DNA from: an uncultured beta proteobacterium
Lineage (GTDB): Bacteria > Pseudomonadota > Gammaproteobacteria > Burkholderiales > SG8-41
Assembly (NCBI GenBank): GCA_963778865.1
Contig: CAVZWF010000008.1
Location: 36,778 to 100,777 of the forward strand
DNA length: 64,000 nucleotides
Direction: 5' to 3'
A program made the translations under genes and the position numbers. Shown piece after piece: positions 55,817-64,000 of this stretch (positions are counted from its first letter, which is position 1; each line of letters begins with the position of its first letter). The notes below the pieces were generated by a model that searched no databases, had not been told where the DNA came from, and worked only from the letters and a program-made list of their open reading frames with translations.

Positions 55817-56023
55817 AAAGCTTTGCCGCAAAGGACGCGAGCCCTGTCCTATCCCTTCTCCGAGGGAGAAGGGACTCGAAGCTCCCCTCTCCACGTGTGG
55901 AGAGGGGTCGGGGGTGAGGATCGACGCGAAGGAGAACCAAAGGAATGCAAGTAAGGCTCGCCGATTATTGGCAGCTTGCTTCAGTTCCGCGACAATATTC
56001 TCTCAGCAGCGTGGATTTGCGGC
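55817..56023. repeat. Second copy of the 9-mer element, interrupted by a nested double-hairpin REP-like unit (55841-55922)
   Basis: CCGCAAAGGACGCGA [insert] GACGCGAAGGAGAACCAAAGGAATGCAA matches 41686-41730. Confidence 0.8.
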
Positions 56024-56039
56024 GCTACGGTCGCAGTCT

Positions 56040-56912
56040 TCACAACGCCCGCGCGTTGAACGTATCGCAGGATTTGACGTCGCCGGTGTCAAGCCCCTGG
56101 CGCAGCCAGTGCACGCGTTGCGCCGAGGTGCCGTGCGTGAAGGAATCGGGCACCACGCGGCCTTGTGTCTGCTTTTGCAACGTATCGTCGCCGATCGCGG
56201 TTGCGGCGTTCAGCGCGCCCTCGACATCGCCGGGATCGAGGAAATGCTTGCTGCGCTCGGTGCGATTGGCCCACACGCCCGCGAAACAGTCGGCCTGCAG
56301 TTCCAGCCGCACCGACAACGCGTTATAGGCTTCCCGGGACACGCGGCCGCGTTTGGCATCGAGTTGGTCGGTGATGCCGAGCAGGTTCTGCACGTGATGG
56401 CCGACTTCGTGCGCGATCACGTACGCCTGCGCAAAGTCGCCCGCCACGTGAAAGCGCTCGCGCATCAACTGATAAAACTGCAAATCGATGTAGACCTTGC
56501 GGTCGCCGGGACAGTAGAACGGGCCGGCGGCGGCCTGGCCCATGCCGCACGCGGTCGGAAAAGAACCGGTAAAGAGAACGAGCTTGGGCGGCGGATAGCG
56601 GTTGCCGGACGCGCTGAACATCGCACTCCACGCGTCTTCGGTCGACGCCAGCACGCGCGACACGAAAACGGCTTTTTGATCGCTGGCGGGCGGATGCGGC
56701 GGCGGTTGTCCCGACTCGGCTCTCGGCGCCTGTGCGACCGTGGAGTTGCCCTGCAGCAGCCCCAGGATGACGCCCGGATCGATGCCGAAAAAATAGGAAG
56801 CGACGAGCGCGACCACGATCGCGCCCACGGAAAGGCCGCGGCCGATCGGCAGGCCGCTCGCGCCGCGCATGTCTTCCACATTTTCGCTTTCGCGTTCGTC
56901 GTCAATCCGCAT
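56040..56912 (-). CDS. Neutral zinc metallopeptidase (YpfJ-like)
   Basis: RESENVEDMRG, GPFYCPGD, AHEVGHHVQ, ELQADCFAG, PDSFTHGTS. Confidence 0.93.
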   Translation of the reverse strand: MRIDDERESENVEDMRGASGLPIGRGLSVGAIVVALVASYFFGIDPGVILGLLQGNSTVAQAPRAESGQPPPHPPASDQKAVFVSRVLASTEDAWSAMFSASGNRYPPPKLVLFTGSFPTACGMGQAAAGPFYCPGDRKVYIDLQFYQLMRERFHVAGDFAQAYVIAHEVGHHVQNLLGITDQLDAKRGRVSREAYNALSVRLELQADCFAGVWANRTERSKHFLDPGDVEGALNAATAIGDDTLQKQTQGRVVPDSFTHGTSAQRVHWLRQGLDTGDVKSCDTFNARAL

Positions 56913-57064
56913 CGATGGATTCCCGTAATCGTTTCCGCGCGAGTGCGCGCCGCGTCAAGAGTAGCAGAATATTCCCGCCGGCGTCCCTGCTTCGCAACCG
57001 GATTGCAGCGGCGCGCAACAGGCGGCGCGCCGCCGCGTTTCAGCTCGATTCCGGAACGACGGAC

Positions 57065-57095
57065 AAAAAAATCCCCCGGGCGCAAACCCGGGGGA
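57065..57095 (-). terminator. Rho-independent terminator for the minus-strand gene ending at 57130
   Basis: TCCCCCGGG/CCCGGGGGA 9-bp stem followed by T7 on the minus strand. Confidence 0.85.
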
Positions 57096-57129
57096 GGGTA
57101 GAGGTACTGCAGATGAGGCGGGGAAAGAC

Positions 57130-58246
57130 TTAGCGGCGTCCGCTGCGACCGCCTTGAGGTGCGGTCCGTGCCATCGCAACCTGATTGTTTTGCGCGCGCG
57201 GAGTGTATTGCATGCTGCGAGCCGGCTGTTGCGCACCAGACTGCTGCGCGAAAGAACGCTGCGCATTCGGCTGCTGCGCGCCGCGGAAGTCGCCGCGGTT
57301 CGCTCTGCATGTTCTGGTGGTTGCCGAAGTCGCCGCGGTTCGCCTGCATGTGTCTGGCGGGTCGCCGAAGTCATTGCGGCGGTCGGTGCGGTCGGCATGC
57401 AGGTCGCGCTGGTCGTGGCGCAGTTCGCGCACGTCGCGGTTGCGTTCGGCCACGTCGCGATTCAGCTCCTGACGGTCATGCCGGATTTCGGCGTAGTCGC
57501 CCCTGATTTCGGCGCGTTCGCGTGCAACGGCCCGCCAGTCGCCGCGTCTTTCGGCGGCGCGCAGCTGCTGCCTGTCGCGCTGGAGTTCGCGGTAGTCGCC
57601 GGCCAATTCGCGCCGGTCACCCATGATCTCGCGGTTGTCGTGACGAATCTCGGCGCGGTCGCCTGCGATTTCGCGGCGGTCACCGCGAATTTCGCGGTTG
57701 TCGTCGCGAATATCGGGCGGTCTTGCGCGATTTCGCGCCGGTCCTGCCGGAAGTCGCGATTGTTCTGGCCGAAGTTTCCCGCCCGGCTGGGAGCACTGCG
57801 ATTGGCGGAACGAGTTCCCATCATGACGGGTATCCGTGGCGCCGGTTTGCGTGCCCGGTGTTTGCTGAGAATTACGGTGATCGTTGCGCGTGCCGCCCGT
57901 ATTGGACGATGAGGTGTCGTCGTTGTCGACGATGAGGTGGACGGCGTGGTATTTTGCGCCTGGCCCGTCGTGCGCCAATTGTTACTGCGCTGATTGTTGC
58001 GAACAGTGCCCGTATCGGACGATGAGGTGGATGACGTGTTGGACGGCGTAGTGTCTTGCGCCTGGCCCGTCGTGCGATGATCGGTGCGGGTGCTGCCGGT
58101 TGCTGCGCCGTGCTGCCGGTGCTGGCTGTGCTGCCGGTGCTGGCCGTGCTGCCGGTGTCTGACGTTGTGGTTTGCGCATAGACGGCGGGCATTGAAACTG
58201 CAAATGCGGCACCGACTGCCAGCGCGAGCAAAGTTTTGCGGAACAT
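57130..58246 (-). CDS. Secreted low-complexity protein with D-x-R-E-I/L heptad repeats (several frameshifts)
   Basis: AAGGAG RBS, signal MFRKTLLALAVGAAFAVSMPAVYA, Thr/Ser-rich linker, DNREIRG DRREIAG DRAEIRH heptads. Confidence 0.75.
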
Positions 58247-58330
58247 ATGAGTCTCCTTCGATCTACGGTGCGGCACATGCCATCACCTGTAGCCGCAACG
58301 TTACCCCCGTCGCAGAAGGATCTCCCGCGG

Positions 58331-58406
58331 TTTTACATTGAATTACCCCCGCTTACACTTGCTTACACATGGGCGTCTTGCGGCGACGAATGTAACCAAT
58401 TGTTAC
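58331..58406. promoter_or_regulatory. Phased TTAC(A) direct repeats, candidate OmpR/PhoB-family operator
   Basis: TTAC at 58333, 58343, 58353, 58363 and 58403. Confidence 0.55.
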
Positions 58407-58570
58407 GCGCAAATCCCGCAACAGAATGTTACTTTTTTTCAGTGGAATTCCGGCGGCGCCCGGATCGATCATACGCATACGGGCAAACGTACGAAGAAGC
58501 CACGCGTTAAAGTTTATGACGCGTTATCGCCTCCCAGACGACACCCGAATTTTGAAGAAGGAGATCGATC

Positions 58571-58862
58571 ATGAAAACCACAAGAAAAATTTTGCTCGCC
58601 GGTGCTGTGCTCGCGGCTTTGAGCGTTCCTCTGATCGCCGCCGCCGCTGTAAACGTTGACGTCAATATCGGATTGCCGGGTTATTCCACGGTAGTGCCGC
58701 AGCCCGTTTACTACCCGCAGGTTGCCTACTACACGCCGGCGCCGCGCGCGTTCGTGCATCATCGCGACTGGGACCGGCGCGACTACCGGCACGATTTCCG
58801 GCACGACTAACCGTCACGACGATCGCCGCGACTACCGGCACGACGAACGGCGTCACTGGTAG
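58571..58862 (+). CDS. Small secreted Pro/Tyr-rich protein with DYRH repeats (probable +1 error near 58809)
   Basis: Signal peptide, VNVDVNIGLPG, PQPVYYP, DRRDYRHD repeats continuing past the apparent TAA. Confidence 0.7.
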
Positions 58863-58977
58863 CAGCGGAAGCGGTTCCCTGCCGGCCGGTTATGCGGTTT
58901 GACGCCGGATCGCACGCAACACGCGCAGGGTCATGCGCCGGCGCGCGACCGGGCTCGTGAGAGCAAAGGAGAGCATC

Positions 58978-60472
58978 ATGGTTGCACGCGCAAGTGGGTG
59001 TTGAATTCTCTGTTGGTGCTGCTGTTTTCGCGTGTCGGTCGCGTTCGCGCAGCAAGACGCGCCAGCGCAGGGCAGGCCCGCGTTCTCGCAGCAGCAACTC
59101 GACCAGATGCTGGCGCCGATCGCGCTTTACCCCGATGCGCTGCTGTCGCAGATCCTGATGGCGGCGACTTACCCGGGCGAGGTGGTCGAGGCCGCGCGCT
59201 GGTCCCGCGCCAATCCCGGCCTCGACGGCGATCGCGCGGTGCGCGCGGTCGAGCGCATCGACTGGGACGCCAGCGTCAAGTCGCTGGTCGCGTTTCCGCG
59301 CATACTCGGCATGCTGGACGAGAGGATCGGCTGGACGGAAGACCTGGGCGATGCGTTTCTCGATCAGCAGGCGCAGGTGATGGACACGGTCCAGTATCTG
59401 CGGCGCAAGGCGTATGCCGCGGGCAATCTCCAGTCGTCGGACCAGTTTCGCGTCGACTTCCGCGATTCGAGCTTCGTGATCGAGTTTGCCAATCCGGAAA
59501 TGGTTTACGTGCCTTACTACAATCCGCTGGTGGTGTACGGAACATGGTGGTGGACGGGGTATCAGCCCGTCTACTGGGCGCCGTGGCCCGGCTACTATTC
59601 GCGCGCGGGATACGCGCGCGGCTACGCGTGGGGGCCGGGGATCGCGGTCAGCGCCGGCTTCTTTTACTGCACGCCGGACTGGCAGCGCCGCCATGTCACC
59701 CTCGTGACCGGATACAACTACTACTACCATCCCGGTGAACGTGAATCCGCGGCCGGAAATCATTCGCGGTGTCGCCGTCGAGCACGGCATCTGGCAGCAC
59801 GATGCCGCGCATCGCCGCGAGGTGCCTAATCGCGATGCTTCATGGCGTCAACCCGCCGCCGGTGCGGTGGCGGCACCGTGACGCCGCGCGAATGGCGCGC
59901 GCGCGATGCGTCCGCTCATGCCGCGCGCCGGCAGTCGTCGCGCGCCTGAAGCGCGCAGTACGGCGAACCGGCCGCAGGCGGCGGCGCCGCGGACATGACA
60001 GTGGCGCGCGGCGCGCGATCATGTCACGCGTGGCAACGACACGCCTGCGTCCCGGCGAGCGCGGCGGCTACGGCCAGCGTGACGCATCGCGCGCCGATGC
60101 CGGCAACCGTTACCGCAACGCGAAAGCGCCCAGCCGGCGTTGCTGGCGCCGCGCGTCCGGCCGTCGAGCGCGCGCCCGTCAGCGCGCCTGCGCCCGCGCA
60201 ACCTTCGAAGCGCGCAGCGCGCCTGCCAGTCGACCGCGCACGCCGCGGTCAGCGGTGCTCAACGCAGCAGCCGGACGCGCGCATGCCGCCAAGCGCTCCC
60301 GCGGGCACCGCGCGTCACGGTGACGCGCCGAACGCGCAAAGCGCGCGAGCACGCGAGCACCACGGCGAACAGCAATGCCACGGCTGCGGCGACCACGCGG
60401 GCGCCGCAACGGCGACGCGTCGGGCAATGCCTCCGCATCGAGCAGTGCACCCGCGTCGGGCGGCGGCGGTAA
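58978..60472 (+). CDS. DUF3300-domain protein with low-complexity C-terminus (frameshifted; both ends approximate)
   Basis: QQLDQMLAPIALYPDALLSQILMAATYP, WDASVKSLVAFP, YVPYYNPLVVYG. Confidence 0.85.
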
Positions 60473-60582
60473 CTCGCGCAGGAGCTTCTGACACTCTCGG
60501 CGTCAGTCTATAATCGACCGGTAGCCTCCTGTTGAGCTCGCGCGCGCCGCTCCCGGCGCGCGTTGTTTTTTTCGGAGATAGC

Positions 60583-61279
60583 ATGCCGGACGACATCACC
60601 CGGGCCGCGCCCGACGTTTTCGCGGCGGCGCGCACGCGCCGTTCGATCCGCGCGTATCAACCGACGCGCGATCGCACCCGACGTCCTGCGCGAAATCGTT
60701 GCGCTCGGCGGCCAGGCGCCCAGCGGCTCGAACATCCAGCCGTGGCGCGTGCACGTGCTGACCGGCGCAACACTCGAGCGCGTGGGCGGCGCGATCAAGC
60801 AGGCGTTTCTCACCGACGAGCCGGGCCACCAGCGCGACTACGATTACTACACCGACCCCATGGAGGAACCCTACCTCGCGCGCCGCCGCCAGTGCGGCTG
60901 GGGACTCTACGGCACGCTGGGCATAGGCCGCGGCGATCACGCGAAATCCAAGGCCTACCGCGCGGGCAATTACGATTTTTTCGGCGCGCCGGCCGGGCTC
61001 ATCTTCACGATCGACCGCACGCTCGAGCGCGGCAGCTGGCTCGACTACGGCATGTTCCTGCAGACCATCATGCTCGCCGCGCGCGCACGCGGGCTGCACA
61101 CCTGCGCGGAGGCCGCGATCGCGAGCTACCCGGACGTCGTGCGGCGCGAATTGAACATCACGCGCGACTGGATCGTGATCTGCGGCATGGCGATGGGCTA
61201 CGCGGACCCCGACGCGGTCGTCAATACGTTCCGGCCGCCGCGCATCGAGGTTGAAGACTACGCCGTGTTTCTGAATTGA
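60583..61279 (+). CDS. Nitroreductase family protein (frameshift near 60667)
   Basis: TRRSIRAY, APSGSNIQPW, DYGMFLQTIMLAARARGLHTC. Confidence 0.92.
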
Positions 61280-61339
61280 TGTTCTGCATCGCGTAGCGTG
61301 GCAGCCGCGCGCGTCGCGAATTTCCCCGAGTCCAATTCA

Positions 61340-63356
61340 ATGACAAAACCCGCACTGCTGATCGCGCAACCGGGCCGCATGGGCCCGCTGAAGCTGCGCA
61401 ACCGCATCATCATGGGGCCGATGGGCACCAACTACGGCACCACCGACGGGCTGTCGACCGAGCGCGACAAGCTCTATTACGGCGAGCGCGCCAAAGGCGG
61501 CGCCGCGATGATCATCACCGAGGCGATGGTCATCACGGAGGGCGCGCGCAATCACACCAATTCGATGTGCCTCTACCACGACCGCTACATCCCGGGGCTT
61601 GCCGGCATCGTCGATGCGATCCACGCGGGCGGCGCGCTCGCGGTCGGGCAGATCAATCACCGCGGCGCGATGCTGAAGCGCTCGGTGCTCGGCATGGAGC
61701 CGGTGACGGCATCGGATTGGCACAATCCCAATACCGGCGAGCCCGCGCGCGCGCTGCGGATTCCCGAGATCGTGGCGATCCAGCGCGCGTATCTCGATTC
61801 CGCGCGCCGGCTCTATCGCGCCGGTTACGACGCCGTCGAGCTGCACGCCGCGAACGGCTACCTGTTCCAGCAATTCTTCAGCCCGCGCATCAACAAGCGC
61901 ACCGACCGCTACGGCGGCTCGCTCGAAAACCGCATGCGCTTCCTGCTGGAGACGACGGCGCTCGTGCGCGCCGAGTTGCCCGACTTTCCGCTGATGGTGC
62001 GCATCAGCGCGACCGAGTACTGCGAAGGCGGCTACACCGAGTCCGACATGATCGCGCTGTGCCAGGCGCTGGAGCGCGCCGGCGTGATCGCGATCGACAT
62101 GTCGGGCGGCAGCAACGAAAGCCCGGAACTCTCGCGCTATTGCATACAGCCGCCGTCCTTCGCGCGCCGCTTCCTCGAGCCCTACGCGCGGCCCATCGCC
62201 AAGGCGTTGAGGATTCCCACCATCATGGCCGGCCGCGTCATCGACGCCGAGGACGCCGAGGGAATTTTGCAGGCGGGCAGTGCGGACTTCGTCGCCGTCT
62301 GCCGCGCGCTGGTCGCGGATGCCTACTGGCCGCGCAAGGCGTTCGGCGAAATCGCCACGCCCATCCGCAAATGCATTTCGTGCAACGTGTGTTTCGAGCG
62401 CCTGACGCTCGAGCGCGACGTCGCGTGCGTTGCGAACCCCATGGTCGGCACCGAATTCGAGCGCATCGAAAACGCGGAGCCGCAATTGCGCGCGGGCGGC
62501 GCGGCGCGGCCGGCGGCCGAACGCAAGCGCGTCCTGATACTGGGCGCGGGTGTTGCGGGCGTCGAGACGGCGCGCGTGGCGGCCGCACTCGGGCACGACG
62601 TCGAAATCTGGGAGAAGGCCGCGAAGCCCGGCGGCCAGATGCCGTTGGCACTTGCCGCGCCGGACAAGGCCGACGTCGCCGGCATCTGGACTTATCGCTG
62701 GCAGCAGATCGAAAGCCTCAAGGTGCCCGTGCGCACCGGCGTGAATGCGACTGCGCAATCGATACGCGATTTCGGACCCGATCTCGTGGTGGTCGCCACC
62801 GGCGCCAAGCCGCGCCCCCTGCCGTGCCCGATCAAGACCGATGTGCCGGTGCTGCAGGCGTGGGACGCGCTGCTCGATCAGGAGCGCGTGCCGCGCGGCG
62901 CGCGCATCACCATCGTCGGCGGCGGCATGGTGGGCATCGAGACCGCCGACACGTTGATCCACTATCGCGGCGTCAAGGCGACCGTGATCGAGGGCATGGG
63001 GGTGATCGCCAAGGAGATGGCGCGCAACAACCGCTACGACGTGCTCGATCGCCTCGAGAAGGGCGGCGCGCGCGTGCTGACCAACGCGCCGGTCGAATCG
63101 ATCGACGGCGACAAGGTGTGGGTCACGCGCGATGGCAAGCGCGAAGCGATCGACGCCGGCGACATGATCATCATCGCCATCGGGCCGCTGCCGAACCGCG
63201 ACATCGTGCCGGAAGTCGAGCGCTCGGGCGTGCAGTACGTGCTGGCGGGCGATTGCAACCAGATCGGCGATTTTATGACGGCCGTGCGCGACGGCTGGAT
63301 GCTCGCGACGGCGCTCGACCTGCGTTTGCCCGCAGAGCGGCGCTGGAAAGCGCTGA
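61340..63356 (+). CDS. NADH:flavin oxidoreductase (OYE barrel + 4Fe-4S + FAD domain; FadH/BaiCD-like); absent from the ORF track; end approximate
   Basis: LRNRIIMGPM, ERAKGG, HAANGYL, NKRTDRYGGSLENRMRF, CISCNVC-x11-C, GAGVAG, GGGMVG. Confidence 0.92.
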
Positions 63357-63415
63357 CGAAAAGTCCTACACTGCGTCCTGTCATTCGACAATTCGTTCGA
63401 AGCGAGGAGACCCCC

Positions 63416-64000
63416 ATGCGTCGTATTGCGATTTTGTCTGCGTCAATTTTCGCAGCCGGTGTTTGCGGCCACGTTAACGCCCAGACTTATCCGTCCAAGC
63501 CGATCCGCCTGATCAACGCGTTCGCGCCGGGCGGATCGAGCGACGTCGTCGCCCGCAGTTTCGCCGCCGAGCTCACCAAGTCCATGGGGCAGCAGGTCAC
63601 CGTCGACCCGCGCGTCGGCGCCGGCGGCAACATCGCCGCGGAACTTGCCGCGCGCGCGCCGGCCGACGGCTACACGCTCTTGATGGGGACGTTTTTTCTG
63701 GCGACCAACTCGAGCCTGTACAGCAAGCTCTCCTACGACCCGCAGAAGGATTTCGCGCCGATTTCGATGGTGAGCGCATCGCCGCTGATCCTGTGCGTGC
63801 ATCCGTCGCTGCCGGTCAAGAGCACGAAGGATCTGATCGCGCTCGCAAAACAGCATCCGGGCGAACTGTATTTTCCGTCGGCCGGCAACGGCACTTCGAT
63901 GCATCTCGCCAGCGAACTCTTCAACATGATGACCGGCATCAAGACCAATCACGTGCCGTACAAAGGCTCGGGCCCCGGCGTGCTCGACCTCATAAGCGGG
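63416..64000 (+). CDS. Bug/TctC substrate-binding protein (runs off the window)
   Basis: GAGGAG RBS, signal peptide, YPSKPIRLINAFAPGG, HVPYKG. Confidence 0.93.
   Translation, partial: MRRIAILSASIFAAGVCGHVNAQTYPSKPIRLINAFAPGGSSDVVARSFAAELTKSMGQQVTVDPRVGAGGNIAAELAARAPADGYTLLMGTFFLATNSSLYSKLSYDPQKDFAPISMVSASPLILCVHPSLPVKSTKDLIALAKQHPGELYFPSAGNGTSMHLASELFNMMTGIKTNHVPYKGSGPGVLDLISG

Noticed and set aside
57900-58080. Duplicated His-rich HDGPGA...HLIV metal-binding motif
   Set aside because: Off-frame reading; the third frame gives TTGQAQDTTPS...TSSS, which matches the Thr/Ser-rich flanks
61337-63391. Long antisense ORFs here and opposite rpoB, rpoC and fusA
   Set aside because: Shadow ORFs expected from high GC3 codon bias on the opposite strand
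61340-64000. Apparent OYE-Bug in-frame fusion
   Set aside because: The Bug has its own RBS and signal peptide at 63416; an out-of-frame TGA at 63354 and the high indel rate make an artefact likely

Overview
High-GC betaproteobacterial chromosome segment. Bases 1-31.6 kb are the contiguous core translation/transcription supercluster: tuf end, tRNA-Trp, secE-nusG-rplKAJL-rpoBC, rpsLG-fusA-tuf, and the S10, spc and alpha operons through rplQ. Bases 31.6-64 kb are accessory: 13 Bug/TctC solute-binding genes (2 of them remnants) with no TctA/TctB partner, interleaved with catabolic enzymes, plus a cluster of secreted low-complexity proteins. Many essential genes carry small frameshifts, so the sequence looks like an unpolished long-read assembly; ORF breaks and fusions are mostly artefacts and some gene ends are approximate. 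The most unusual signal is a set of gene-less intergenic elements whose arms are short tandem repeats (three different TGA-containing 7-mers and a 9-mer), often forming inverted pairs. They sit right at stop codons, inside the L10 leader and in 5' ends of Bug genes, and one copy is interrupted by a nested REP-like element.
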